From assembly GCA_024653355.1 (NCBI GenBank), contig JANLFQ010000003.1, positions 74,944 to 138,943 on the forward strand: a DNA stretch of 64,000 bases. The letters are read 5' to 3'. The notes under the pieces were generated by a model. It was given only the letters and a program-made list of their open reading frames with translations. It made no database searches and was not told the origin of the DNA. Within the stretch, counting starts at the first letter, position 1. The number at the start of each line of letters is the position of its first letter. The stretch is from a candidate division WOR-3 bacterium (lineage in GTDB: Bacteria > Hydrothermota > Tepidihabitantia > Tepidihabitantales > Tepidihabitantaceae). The position numbers and the translations under genes are program-made. Of the stretch, positions 20,280-29,974 are shown one piece after another.

Positions 20280-22901
20280 ATGTCGGAAGAGAATCATACC
20301 AATTTCCCACCCCGCTATGACCCGAAACCGGTTGAGGAAAAGTGGTACCGGTTCTGGGAGGAGAACGGGTTTTTTACCGCAAATCCTGAATCACCGAAGC
20401 CAAAGTTTTCGATTGTAATTCCCCCGCCCAATGTGACCGGCTCATTGCATATGGGGCACGCCCTGGACAACACTTTGCCTGATATCCTGATTCGGCGGAA
20501 AAAGATGCAGGGGTTTGAAACGCTCTGGCTACCGGGAACCGACCATGCCGGCATCGGCACGCAGGTCAAGGTTGAGCAGATGCTGGCGAAGGAGGGCAAG
20601 ACCCGATTTGACCTCGGACGGGAGGAGTTTCTGCGGCGTGCCTGGGAGTGGAAGGAGAAGTACGGGAATGAGATTGTGAAACAGTTGCGGCGCTTGGGAT
20701 GTTGTCTTGATTGGAGCCGGTTTCGCTTCACCCTTGATGAGGTGTGTGCCCGGGCGGTGCGCGAGGCTTTTGTCCGCTATTATGAAAAGGGGTTGATCTA
20801 CCGCGGTCTGCGGATTGTTAACTGGTGTCCGCGCTGCCGGACCGCACTCTCGGATTTAGAGGTTAAGTATCAGGAGGAAAAGAGCCAGTTGTGGTATATC
20901 CGTTATCCGTATGCCGATGGCACGGGCGGTGTGACCGTCGCGACCACCCGACCGGAGACGATGCTCGGTGATACCGCGGTGGCGGTCAATCCCGAAGACA
21001 AGCGTTATCAGGCGGTGGTGGGAAAGATGCTGCGCCTTCCCTTGACAGAACGGCTGATTCCCATCGTGGCGGATGAAGCGGTAGAGATGGATTTTGGGAC
21101 CGGGGCGGTCAAGGTAACACCAGCCCATGACCCGGTTGACTTTGAAATCGGGGAACGGCACGGGCTGGCGCGGCTCAAGGTGATTGACGATGATGGTAAG
21201 ATGACAGCGCTGGTGCCGGCAAAGTATCAGGGGATGACGCGGGAAGAGTGTCGCCGGGCAGTGGTGGAAGACCTTAAAGAGCAGGGGCTGCTGGAGAAGA
21301 TTGAGGATTATGAGCATGCGGTTGGGACCTGTGACCGGTGTGGCACCGCGATTGAACCGCTGGCGAGTGAGCAGTGGTTTGTGAAAATGAAGCCGCTTGC
21401 TGAGCCGGCAATCAGGGTTGTAGAGGAGGGCAAGGTCCGTTTTTATCCGGAACGGTGGAACAAGGTTTATCTTGACTGGATGCGTAATGTTAAGGACTGG
21501 TGCATTTCCCGGCAGTTGTGGTGGGGGCATCGGATTCCGGTCTGGTACTGTGATTGCGGGAAGGTTATCGTTGCCCGCGAGGACCCGGTTGAATGTCCGG
21601 ACTGTCATAGTAAGAGTTTGCGCCAGGATGAGGATGTCCTTGACACCTGGTTTTCTTCTGCCCTCTGGCCCTTTGCCACGATGGGCTGGCCCGAAGAGAC
21701 GATTGATTATCGGACATTCTTTCCCACGGACTTTTTGACCACCGACCCGGACATCATCTTTCGCTGGGAGGCGCGGATGATTTTCTCCAGTCTGGAGTTT
21801 ACGGGTCGAATTCCATTTGTTGATGTTTACATTCACTCAACCGTTTTAGACAAAACCGGCGCCCGGATGAGCCGTTCCAAAGGAGTTGGTGTTGACCCGC
21901 TGGAGATTATTGAGCATTACGGGACCGATGCCTGTCGGTTTACCATCGCCTATCTGGAAAGTCAGTCCCAGAGTTATCGGTTGTGGAACGAACGGTTTGA
22001 ACTGGGCAGGAATTTTGCCAATAAGGTATGGAACGCATGCCGGTTAGTGGCACCGCATATCACCGGCATCAATAGCGTGTTTTTGGACCCGAACGAATTG
22101 ACGGCACTGGACAACTGGGTGGTGATGCGGTTCAACGAAACCCTGGAGCGGGTGGATAAGGGCATAGACAGTTACACATTTTCCACCGTGGCGCAAGCGC
22201 TTTACGACTTTTTCTGGCACGACCTGTGTGATTGGTATCTGGAGTTTGCCAAACGCCGTTTGAAAGCCCAAGACAACACGGTTAAAGCGGTGCTATATCA
22301 TCTCTTTCGGGGTTCGTTGCAAATGCTGCATCCGATTATGCCCTTCATTACCGAGGAGTTGTGGCACAGATTGGAGATGGGCGGCAGGTCAATTCTTGAA
22401 TCCTCCTGGCCCAAACCCCTACCGGCAAAATCGGACACGCTCTGGTTGGTGGAACGGATGCGAGATGTTATCGGTGGTATCCGGCAGGTGCGGGCGGAGA
22501 TGCGCGTGCCGGCAAAGAGCACCGTAGAGTGCATTGTGAATACCGGGAACGAAGAACTGGCGAAATTCCTTAAAGAGCAGGAGTTGTTAATCTGTGAACT
22601 GGCAAAGGTGAGCACGGTAAAGTTCGGTTCGACGCGTCCCCGAGGTTCGGCGGTGATTGTGTTTTCCGATTGTGAGATTTATGTGCCGCTTTCCGGTGTG
22701 GTTGATGTTGAGAAGGAACTGGAACGGTTAAGGCGGGAAGTTGGGGAACTCGAGAGGTTAATCGCTGAGATTGACCGGCGGCTTGGTAATCCCGATTTCC
22801 TGGAACGGGCAAAAAATGAGGTTATTGAGCGGGAGCAGGCGCGGCGGGAGGAGTTTGCGGCGCGGCGGGAGCGGCTGAAGAGGATTCTGGAGGTTTATTA
22901 A
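20280..22901 (+). CDS. valS: Valine--tRNA ligase
   Basis: Class I HMGH motif (PPPNVTGSLHMGHA), KMSKS-type motif, C-terminal coiled coil; 874 aa. Confidence 0.93.
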   Translation: MSEENHTNFPPRYDPKPVEEKWYRFWEENGFFTANPESPKPKFSIVIPPPNVTGSLHMGHALDNTLPDILIRRKKMQGFETLWLPGTDHAGIGTQVKVEQMLAKEGKTRFDLGREEFLRRAWEWKEKYGNEIVKQLRRLGCCLDWSRFRFTLDEVCARAVREAFVRYYEKGLIYRGLRIVNWCPRCRTALSDLEVKYQEEKSQLWYIRYPYADGTGGVTVATTRPETMLGDTAVAVNPEDKRYQAVVGKMLRLPLTERLIPIVADEAVEMDFGTGAVKVTPAHDPVDFEIGERHGLARLKVIDDDGKMTALVPAKYQGMTREECRRAVVEDLKEQGLLEKIEDYEHAVGTCDRCGTAIEPLASEQWFVKMKPLAEPAIRVVEEGKVRFYPERWNKVYLDWMRNVKDWCISRQLWWGHRIPVWYCDCGKVIVAREDPVECPDCHSKSLRQDEDVLDTWFSSALWPFATMGWPEETIDYRTFFPTDFLTTDPDIIFRWEARMIFSSLEFTGRIPFVDVYIHSTVLDKTGARMSRSKGVGVDPLEIIEHYGTDACRFTIAYLESQSQSYRLWNERFELGRNFANKVWNACRLVAPHITGINSVFLDPNELTALDNWVVMRFNETLERVDKGIDSYTFSTVAQALYDFFWHDLCDWYLEFAKRRLKAQDNTVKAVLYHLFRGSLQMLHPIMPFITEELWHRLEMGGRSILESSWPKPLPAKSDTLWLVERMRDVIGGIRQVRAEMRVPAKSTVECIVNTGNEELAKFLKEQELLICELAKVSTVKFGSTRPRGSAVIVFSDCEIYVPLSGVVDVEKELERLRREVGELERLIAEIDRRLGNPDFLERAKNEVIEREQARREEFAARRERLKRILEVY

Positions 22902-22902
22902 G

Positions 22903-23460
22903 ATGAGGGGGGTATTGTCCAGTTTGGGCTGGATTGCTTTTTTAGCACTGGCGGTTCTGGTTTTACTTTTCTACAATGTGAGTTATCTGCCCCAGCAAGG
23001 GCGGGTCGCACGGTTGCAACAGGAAATCAGTATGTGGACGCAACAGGTAACAGAACTCACCGACAGTCTCCAGCGCCTGACCAGCGTTTCCGATACGATT
23101 TTCAATCGAACCTTCCGCTTTGATGAACTGTTTGTCAGTGCGGAGAGTTTGGTTCTGTCTCCCCAGGGTAAGTTGCTGTTGCGTGATGTCGCACCGCAGT
23201 TGAAGGCGCTGGATGTTAATTTTGTGATTATCGGGCACACCGATGGTGCAAAGCCACCTGTTGGTTCCCCTTATCGTACGGGCTGGGAATATTCCGCCGC
23301 TGCTGCCGCGGCGGTCGCCAACGAACTAATAACCCTTGGGGTTGGCGCTGAGCGACTTCTGGTCTGTGGTGCGGGCGATACCAAACCGCTGGTGAAAAAG
23401 GGTTCGGCAGATGCGAGGTTGTTGAATCGTCGGGTGGAGATTGCGGTCCGAAGCCGATGA
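22903..23460 (+). CDS. OmpA/MotB-like domain membrane protein
   Basis: N-terminal TM helix plus coiled coil; C-terminal OmpA-like domain (...LLNRRVEIAVRS). Confidence 0.7.
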   Translation: MRGVLSSLGWIAFLALAVLVLLFYNVSYLPQQGRVARLQQEISMWTQQVTELTDSLQRLTSVSDTIFNRTFRFDELFVSAESLVLSPQGKLLLRDVAPQLKALDVNFVIIGHTDGAKPPVGSPYRTGWEYSAAAAAAVANELITLGVGAERLLVCGAGDTKPLVKKGSADARLLNRRVEIAVRSR

Positions 23461-23897
23461 CCGCGACAGTCGCCTTAATCCTGCTTGTAGCAGCACCCGA
23501 CTCTGCTTTGCCTCTGGGTCAGGATTCACTTGCAACTCATAAGGTTCTGAACAAGTCGCCGGGTCGAGCGGTACTTTACTCCTTGCTGTTGCCGGGCGGA
23601 GGGCAGATTTACACCCGAAATTACTGGAAGGCAGCGATAATCGCTCCGGCAGAGGTGGCACTCGGTTATCTTTCCTATTCAGAACATATGAAGGCAAGAG
23701 AAGGCTGGGCACGGCAGGATACAGTAGCCTATCTTCAGCACCGGGACCGGAGGAACACCTTCTTATGGTGGACCGGTGCGGTGGTCGTATTCTCAATGGC
23801 GGATGCCTATGTTTCGGCGCAGATGTTTGGGTTTGATGAGGAGATGCGGTTGAGTCTGGGCTTGAACCGTGTCGGTATCCAACTGGCAATTCGATAA
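23457..23897 (+). CDS. DUF5683-like membrane protein
   Basis: ...SLLLPGGGQIYTRNYWKAAII... and LWWTGAVVVFSMADAYVSA; ATGA overlap with the upstream gene. Confidence 0.55.
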   Translation: MTATVALILLVAAPDSALPLGQDSLATHKVLNKSPGRAVLYSLLLPGGGQIYTRNYWKAAIIAPAEVALGYLSYSEHMKAREGWARQDTVAYLQHRDRRNTFLWWTGAVVVFSMADAYVSAQMFGFDEEMRLSLGLNRVGIQLAIR

Positions 23898-24589
23898 TGG
23901 GTAACTTTTTAGCCGCGGCAGGTAGATTTGACCCTGGCTGGCTAATCTCCACGCCGTTAAGTAGTTCCGATTTGACAGGAGGCGCGGATTCTCCGGTAAC
24001 CGCCTGGGGGCTTGCTTACTGCCATGGTAATCGCTTGGAGTCGATTCGTGTTCCCAGGGGTTTTGAAATGCCAAATGAGTTTGCCCGGCTGGCGGAAATC
24101 AAGACCGATATGGCGTTGTTTTATCTCCATGAGCAGTCTGAACTTGCCAGTCCGCGACTGGTTCAACCTTTTGTGCGCCGGGAAGCAGGTTTAAACTGGG
24201 CATTCTGCCATATTGGTACGATAAGACAGCCCGAGCGCCTGTTTCGCCCGACGCGCGCTCCAGACAGTTCGGACCAGAGTGAACTCTTTTTTATGCATCT
24301 CATCGACCATTTTGTTGCTGAAGACCCGGTCGACTCAATCCAGTCGATTTTATCACATCTTACTGATGAACCAGAACTTTCTTTTGTTATGATGTCTCCG
24401 GATATGATGGTTGTCACACACTGGGTAAAAGATGCCGCACAGGACAGTTTCAAGTTGTGGCTGGGTAAAGGCGAACTGTTACGGATATTTACCTCTTTTC
24501 CGCCTTTTGAAATTCCAGGTGTCGACTGGAGTGAGTTGGCAAATCATTCGGTTACGATTATCTTTCGGGAGCGGCGTGCGGTCGGTTAG
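23897..24589 (+). CDS. Hypothetical protein
   Basis: 230-aa ORF, translationally coupled (TAATG) to the upstream gene, followed by a terminator; no motif recognised. Confidence 0.5.
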   Translation: MGNFLAAAGRFDPGWLISTPLSSSDLTGGADSPVTAWGLAYCHGNRLESIRVPRGFEMPNEFARLAEIKTDMALFYLHEQSELASPRLVQPFVRREAGLNWAFCHIGTIRQPERLFRPTRAPDSSDQSELFFMHLIDHFVAEDPVDSIQSILSHLTDEPELSFVMMSPDMMVVTHWVKDAAQDSFKLWLGKGELLRIFTSFPPFEIPGVDWSELANHSVTIIFRERRAVG

Positions 24590-24603
24590 TAATGAAAAGA
24601 GAA

Positions 24604-24645
24604 AACCCTCAGGCTGCCGGGGGAGGTTTCTGCCTGAGGGTTTCT
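24604..24645 (+). terminator. Intrinsic terminator
   Basis: Stem CCCTCAGGC / GCCTGAGGG followed by TTTCTCT. Confidence 0.6.
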
Positions 24646-24861
24646 CTCCACCCCCCTGCCTAACTGCGCCCCTCAATTGTCCCGGTTGTAAATATACACC
24701 TTTTGTGCCGCCGGCTTTTGGTTACGGACTGAGCGTTTACTACTTTGAAATACGATGGTTAAAGAGTTAGCGTTTAAACCGTGGTTTTACAAGGCGAGTG
24801 CGACAGGATAGCAAAGTAAATAAGAGCAAAGTTTAATTTATTGGAAATTAGCGAAGTTGTG

Positions 24862-25971
24862 TTACTGGTGCCGGCGGGTCTTGGTTCCGAACTCAACCAG
24901 CTCTCTAAACCCTTTGGGGTCAAACGCTGAAGAGATGGCGGTTTCGTAGGTGACCTTGCCCGCGCGGTAAAGTTCAGCCAGATAGGCGTCAAAAGAGATA
25001 CTACCTTCGGCGCTGCTGGTTTGAATGGCTGAAGGCAGGTGTTCGATTTTACGCTCCCGGATAAGGTTGCGGACCGCTGGAGTTGCCATCATCACCTCGT
25101 AACAACCGATTCGACCTTTACCCTCGGCACGGAGTAAGAGGCGCTGGGAGAAGATGGCGAGAAGGGAGATGGAGAACTGGATACGAATCTGGTCCCGGAT
25201 TTCCGGTGGGAAGATGTCGATAAACCGGGTAACGGTTTCCGGTGCGTTGGTGGTGTGGAGGGTGCCAATGACAAGGTGGCCCGATTCAGCAGCCCAGATT
25301 GTTGCTTCGGCGGTGGCGAGGTCACGAATTTCGGCAACCAGAATCACATTGGGGTTGGAACGTAACCCCTTCATAATCGCTTCCCGGAAGCTGGAAACAT
25401 CAACTCCAACCTCGCGCTGGGTGATAATACCCTTTTTGTGGTCGTGAACGAATTCAATCGGGTCTTCAATTGTCAAAACATGGCGCGGGCTTTCAAGGAT
25501 GTAATCAACAAAGGTCGCCTGAGTGGTTGTTTTTCCCATTCCCGTAGGACCGGTTACGAGAATTAAACCGTGAGGACGGTCAAGGAGCGACTTGATGCGC
25601 GGTATGAGATGGGTGGGTACAAACAGTTCTTCGAATGAGAGTATGCGCCGCGGGATGAGACGAAGGGCGAGCCCGAAATACCCCTTCTGTTTATAGACTG
25701 CAACCCGGAACCGAGCCATATTCTTAAAGTTAAGAGCAAAGTCACCACCGCCACCGTTGTCAATCTGGGCGCGCAGATGGCGCAGGTCCTTGGTGGCGAT
25801 GTTTTTGAAACTTTCCGTTTTCTCCGGAGTCAGGACCGGGTAACCTTCAATTGACTGCAGAAATCCATCGATACGAAATGTTGGCGGGCGCCCCACCGTG
25901 AGATGGAGGTCGGATGCGTTCCGGCGAATGCACTCCGCAAGGAGTGTCTCAAAGAATTCTTCGTCCGACAT
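24862..25971 (-). CDS. PilT/PilU-family twitching-motility ATPase (second copy)
   Basis: Walker A GPTGMGKTT, PilT signature AVRNLIRERKIEHLPSAIQTS; minus-strand TTGACA-16-TATAAT ends 10 nt before the ATG. Confidence 0.88.
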   Translation of the reverse strand: MSDEEFFETLLAECIRRNASDLHLTVGRPPTFRIDGFLQSIEGYPVLTPEKTESFKNIATKDLRHLRAQIDNGGGGDFALNFKNMARFRVAVYKQKGYFGLALRLIPRRILSFEELFVPTHLIPRIKSLLDRPHGLILVTGPTGMGKTTTQATFVDYILESPRHVLTIEDPIEFVHDHKKGIITQREVGVDVSSFREAIMKGLRSNPNVILVAEIRDLATAEATIWAAESGHLVIGTLHTTNAPETVTRFIDIFPPEIRDQIRIQFSISLLAIFSQRLLLRAEGKGRIGCYEVMMATPAVRNLIRERKIEHLPSAIQTSSAEGSISFDAYLAELYRAGKVTYETAISSAFDPKGFRELVEFGTKTRRHQ

Positions 25972-26100
25972 CGCTAATCGTATTATACCCCCCTGAACCC
26001 ATCTGTCAAGCAGATGTCACATTCAAATATGGGGGCAATTTTAGCCGAACGGGCATCAATTCTGATTTGATTTAAGTTGGAAAGTAATGTTAATTTGTTC

Positions 26101-26130
26101 TTGACAGGCAGGGGCGATGGTTTTATATTA
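26101..26130 (+). promoter_or_regulatory. sigma70-type promoter for tRNA-Gly
   Basis: TTGACA at 26101-26106, ~17-18 nt spacer, TATATT/ATATTA. Confidence 0.5.
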
Positions 26131-26140
26131 AAACGGGATT

Positions 26141-26211
26141 GCGGCCATAGCTCAGGGGTAGAGCCCCGGCTTCCCAAGCCGGTTACACGGGTTCGATTCC
26201 CGTTGGCCGCT
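26141..26211 (+). tRNA. tRNA-Gly (anticodon CCC)
   Basis: Cloverleaf: acceptor GCGGCCA/TGGCCGC, anticodon loop TTCCCAA, T-loop TTCGATT, discriminator U; CCA not encoded. Confidence 0.9.
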
Positions 26212-26269
26212 TTGTTTATTCAAACAGGGTTAAGCGTAATGGCAGGGTAGAAAGTGAGGTAAGAAAAAA

Positions 26270-26575
26270 ATGGTGCGTATTGTTGTTTTGCTTTTAACTC
26301 TTTTGATTGTCGGTTGTGGCAGTAAGGACCCGCTTGCTAATGTAAAAAAGGGATATCCGGGGGCGAGCGAATATCTTGTCTGGAAGAATTATCTTTTGAT
26401 TCGTTATCCATTTGACAGTACAGCAGGAGCACAGCGGGCTGTGATATTACAGAAGGTCGGTAACAACTGGACTCATCTGGCACAGAGCGAACAGGGGTTC
26501 AACAGCCTGCGTGAGGTCGTCACCTATATACCGGAAATCGACGAATCCGGAGTGGCGGCATTTAAGTTGAGGTAG
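26270..26575 (+). CDS. Small lipoprotein
   Basis: Lipobox LLIVGCGS after a hydrophobic signal; SD upstream. Confidence 0.6.
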   Translation: MVRIVVLLLTLLIVGCGSKDPLANVKKGYPGASEYLVWKNYLLIRYPFDSTAGAQRAVILQKVGNNWTHLAQSEQGFNSLREVVTYIPEIDESGVAAFKLR

Positions 26576-26579
26576 AAAC

Positions 26580-26990
26580 ATGCCCTGGTATGGTTTTATT
26601 CATCCAATAATGGCGCTGGGGACTTTTGTATACGGGCTTTTTATCGGACAGGTTAGTATGACAAAACTTGATGACTGGGATTTTCCCCTGCGTCGGGTGA
26701 AAAAGCGGACCCTGATTTATTTTGTTTTCACTGCAATCACCGGGATATGCGGGTTGATGGTCAACACGATTTTCCGAAGTCAAGGTCGTGGTGTGGTAAT
26801 TTTTGCTCATATGCCTCTGGGGATTGCGACCGTGTTAGCGGCTTTTCTCGCCGTAATTGTTACGATGGGTAAGAGAAAGCCCGGAGAACTACCCCAGAGT
26901 ATGAGGTGGCATCCGATACTGGTGGTGATAAGTCTGGCACTTATTTTGACAATGGGTTTCACCGCACTGTTAAAAGTTTTGAAAGTCTAA
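26580..26990 (+). CDS. Small integral membrane protein
   Basis: Four predicted TM helices; tightly spaced after the lipoprotein gene. Confidence 0.55.
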   Translation: MPWYGFIHPIMALGTFVYGLFIGQVSMTKLDDWDFPLRRVKKRTLIYFVFTAITGICGLMVNTIFRSQGRGVVIFAHMPLGIATVLAAFLAVIVTMGKRKPGELPQSMRWHPILVVISLALILTMGFTALLKVLKV

Positions 26991-26996
26991 CAGTTT

Positions 26997-27731
26997 TTGA
27001 ATCCAATCCGAAACCAGAAAAAAATCGCCCCAATCTTTTGGATTTTAAAAAAGGCGTATTCAGGGTTGAATGCGCCGGTTAAAAGGATGCCGGATAAGAG
27101 TCCCTGGTGGGTGCTTATCAGTGCGGTTCTTTCTACCCGGACCCGGGATAATGTAACTTTAGAAGCGGTGGAGCGGTTGCGCGTGCGGGCGCCGGATGCT
27201 CATACGCTTGGCCGATTAAGTCCGGCTGAGGTCGCCAGAGTAATCTATCCAGTGGGATTTTACCGAACGAAGGCAAAGAAACTGGTGAAACTGGCACAGA
27301 AGATTGAAGATGAACACCAGGGTCAAGTCCCCAATTCGTTTGAGGAGCTGGTAAAGTTGCCCGCTGTCGGACCCAAGGTGGCGAATATCGTACTGGCTCA
27401 GGGGTTTGGGATTCCAGCGATAGCGGTTGATACCCATGTGCACCGCATTGCAAACCGACTCGGACTGGTTCGGACAAAAAAGCCGGCGGAGACCGAAAAG
27501 CGACTGTGTGAAATAGTGCCGGTCAGGTTCTGGCGAGAATGGAACCGGTTGTTTGTCGCGCTGGGACAAACGGTCTGTTTGCCGCGTAAGCCACTTTGCC
27601 AACAATGCCCGCTGAATTCTATCTGTCTTAAGCGGGGGACCAGAGCCGGGAAAGGACAACGCGGTAGGCGGGGTGGTAATTTTCTACATAAGTTGTCGAG
27701 TGCCGAGGCGGATGCTGGGGCTGGGCGATAA
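26997..27731 (+). CDS. nth: Endonuclease III (DNA glycosylase / AP lyase)
   Basis: HhH-GPD motif (...LVKLPAVGPKVANIVL...VDTHVHRIANRLG) and 4Fe-4S cluster C-x6-C-x2-C-x5-C; basic C-terminal tail. Confidence 0.88.
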   Translation: MNPIRNQKKIAPIFWILKKAYSGLNAPVKRMPDKSPWWVLISAVLSTRTRDNVTLEAVERLRVRAPDAHTLGRLSPAEVARVIYPVGFYRTKAKKLVKLAQKIEDEHQGQVPNSFEELVKLPAVGPKVANIVLAQGFGIPAIAVDTHVHRIANRLGLVRTKKPAETEKRLCEIVPVRFWREWNRLFVALGQTVCLPRKPLCQQCPLNSICLKRGTRAGKGQRGRRGGNFLHKLSSAEADAGAGR

Positions 27732-28128
27732 TCGTTTGGAACCGCTTCGCCTCCTGGGGTAGGGCGCTCTGGCACCATTTTAAAGCGGTATGGAGTCGGG
27801 AAGTTAGCAGTTCAGGTTGTGGTGTAAAATTTTGGGCGGTATAAACCAGTGCCTGGAAAAGGCGTTCGGTTTTGGTTACTGAGCCGACAATTGAGGCAAG
27901 GTTAACCCGCACGAGCAGCCCATCAGGGTCGACCGGTTCCACTTCAGCGCCGATTTTTGCCGATACTGCAAGAGCGACTTCGCGGTAAAGGTTCTCCTGT
28001 TCTTTCTTTTTGTCGATTAAAAGGTGGCCCGGTCCAAAAACACCCTGAAAGATGAGTTTGTAGATGTCTTCGGCTTTAAGTAATGGGTAGTGGCCCAGAT
28101 GCCAGTTGAGGATATCAATCAGGTGCAT
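27628..28128 (-). CDS. Hypothetical protein
   Basis: 166-aa ORF; its 3' end overlaps the nth 3' end by ~100 bp on the opposite strand, so its true extent is uncertain. Confidence 0.4.
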   Translation of the reverse strand: MHLIDILNWHLGHYPLLKAEDIYKLIFQGVFGPGHLLIDKKKEQENLYREVALAVSAKIGAEVEPVDPDGLLVRVNLASIVGSVTKTERLFQALVYTAQNFTPQPELLTSRLHTALKWCQSALPQEAKRFQTIIAQPQHPPRHSTTYVENYHPAYRVVLSRLWSPA

Positions 28129-28130
28129 TA

Positions 28131-28697
28131 TTACGCCGGCAGGTCAAACGAACTTTTTTCAACTCTGTTCGGGAAGATAAGTTCGATGATTTCAATTAGA
28201 ATGCCAAACAGGGCACCAAATAGCGCACCGATAGTAAATTGGTAGGTAAGCAGGTTACGGTGAAACTCCTGACCGGTGTGGAACTGAAAAAGCAGGACAA
28301 CGGTTAGATGAGCCAAACCCACGACGAGTGCCATAATGAGAAATTTGCCGAGCCGGATGCGGTGAAGGAGTTTGAACAGGTAGCCGGCGATGATGAACGA
28401 TAAACCTACCGGTGTTGCCCAGAGTGCGGCACGAATCGCCGCTGCGGTGCGTAATGGTGGTGTCAGGGCGAGTTGAACGAAAAATAGTAATACGACCATC
28501 AGTAGCGCATAACTCAGACCCCGTAGTTGGACCGCGGCGTAAATTAAACCACCTGCCAAGCCCAGGATGATTAATGGAAGCATCGGGAAATTGGTAATCC
28601 GGCGGGCAGCGAGAAACATCCGACAGAGCACGCTCGCGCCGAGTCCGGCAATAATATAGGCAAAGGTCCAGAGCGTCTCCCGGGTTGCTTTTGTCAT
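28131..28697 (-). CDS. Integral membrane protein
   Basis: Five to six hydrophobic helices. Confidence 0.55.
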   Translation of the reverse strand: MTKATRETLWTFAYIIAGLGASVLCRMFLAARRITNFPMLPLIILGLAGGLIYAAVQLRGLSYALLMVVLLFFVQLALTPPLRTAAAIRAALWATPVGLSFIIAGYLFKLLHRIRLGKFLIMALVVGLAHLTVVLLFQFHTGQEFHRNLLTYQFTIGALFGALFGILIEIIELIFPNRVEKSSFDLPA

Positions 28698-28741
28698 AAA
28701 ATATCATCGGGTATTAAGCGCTGATGTCAAGAATACCGCGG

Positions 28742-28770
28742 TTGACAAATAGATGGGATTGGTCATTATA
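28742..28770 (+). promoter_or_regulatory. sigma70-type promoter (TTGACA-17-ATTATA) abutting the serpin start
   Basis: -35 28742-28747, -10 28765-28770, ATG at 28778. Confidence 0.45.
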
Positions 28771-28777
28771 TTCAGGT

Positions 28778-29974
28778 ATGAACACCATCATTTTGATTGT
28801 CAGTCTTTTCTTATCCGCTTCGCGAGGAGCGGAAACCGGGGTAATTGATGCAGAGCTGGTTTCAGCAAAGAACGAGTTTGGGTTCAAGGTTCTTTCAGCA
28901 CTTGTCAGTACAGCGCCGCAGGAAAATGTGTTTATCTCGCCTTACAGTATTGCCACTGCTTTGACAATGACCTATAATGGTGCTGCCGGTTCCACCCGTA
29001 CCGCAATGGGGGCAACGCTTGGTGTTGGTGGTTTAGAGGTTCAGCGGCTTAACACCGGAGAAAAATTTCTTGCTGCAAGATTGCAGAGTGCTAAACCGGG
29101 TCTGGAACTGTTGATTGCTAACTCGCTCTGGGCGAGGAAAGGGGTGGCGTTTAATTCCGCTTTTTTGAACACTAACAAGGAGTTTTATCAGGCGGTGGTG
29201 GCGACGATTGATTTCAATAGCCCGGATGCAGCGAAAAAGATTAACCAATGGGTAAAGGATAAGACAAAAGGGAAAATCGACAAGGTCGTTGACCGGATTA
29301 AACCTGAGGCGGTGCTCTTTTTAATCAATGCGGTTTTCTTTAAGGGCAGATGGCAGGAGAAGTTCGACCCCAGGAACAGTCAGGATGATAAATTTTATCC
29401 GGATGATGCCCAACCGGTGCTTGTGAAGATGATGATGCGTTCGGGTAAATTCCGCTATCTGGAAACCGCGGAGTTTCAGGCGGTGGAGTTGCCTTACGAT
29501 GAGGGCAAGGTTAGTATGCTGATATTTTTACCGGCCCGCGGTAAACTGGACAGTTTGATTTCCCATCTGTCATCTTCCACCTGGCAGGAGTGGTGGAGCA
29601 GATTTCGGTCACGGGAGGGAACGGTTTGGTTGCCACGCTTCAAAATGGAGTATGAGAAGAGTTTAAAAGAGGTTTTAACAGAATTGGGGATGGGCGTGGC
29701 GTTTGACCTGAATCAGGCCGATTTTTCTTTAATGGGTAAAGGCGGTCCGGGTTTTGCCATCGGTGATGTGAAGCATAAGAGTTTTGTTGAAGTCAATGAA
29801 GAGGGCACGGAGGCGGCTGCGGTGACATCGGTGGAAATGGTTCTTGCGTCGGTACCTCCGCAACCTCGTTTTGAGATGGTTATCAATCGACCTTTCCTCT
29901 TCGCAATCCAGGATAATGAAACCGGCACAATTTTATTTCTCGGTGCAATGCGAAACCCCGCAGCGCATAATTAA
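28778..29974 (+). CDS. Serpin-family serine protease inhibitor, secreted
   Basis: Signal peptide MNTIILIVSLFLSA; serpin C-terminal motifs (...FVEVNEEGTEAAAVT... reactive-centre loop, ...NRPFLFAIQDNETGTILFLGAMRNP). Confidence 0.85.
   Translation: MNTIILIVSLFLSASRGAETGVIDAELVSAKNEFGFKVLSALVSTAPQENVFISPYSIATALTMTYNGAAGSTRTAMGATLGVGGLEVQRLNTGEKFLAARLQSAKPGLELLIANSLWARKGVAFNSAFLNTNKEFYQAVVATIDFNSPDAAKKINQWVKDKTKGKIDKVVDRIKPEAVLFLINAVFFKGRWQEKFDPRNSQDDKFYPDDAQPVLVKMMMRSGKFRYLETAEFQAVELPYDEGKVSMLIFLPARGKLDSLISHLSSSTWQEWWSRFRSREGTVWLPRFKMEYEKSLKEVLTELGMGVAFDLNQADFSLMGKGGPGFAIGDVKHKSFVEVNEEGTEAAAVTSVEMVLASVPPQPRFEMVINRPFLFAIQDNETGTILFLGAMRNPAAHN

Noticed and set aside
23897-24589. Class II glutamine amidotransferase (Ntn-hydrolase) assignment for the 230-aa protein
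   Set aside because: The required N-terminal nucleophilic Cys directly after the initiator Met is absent; left as hypothetical
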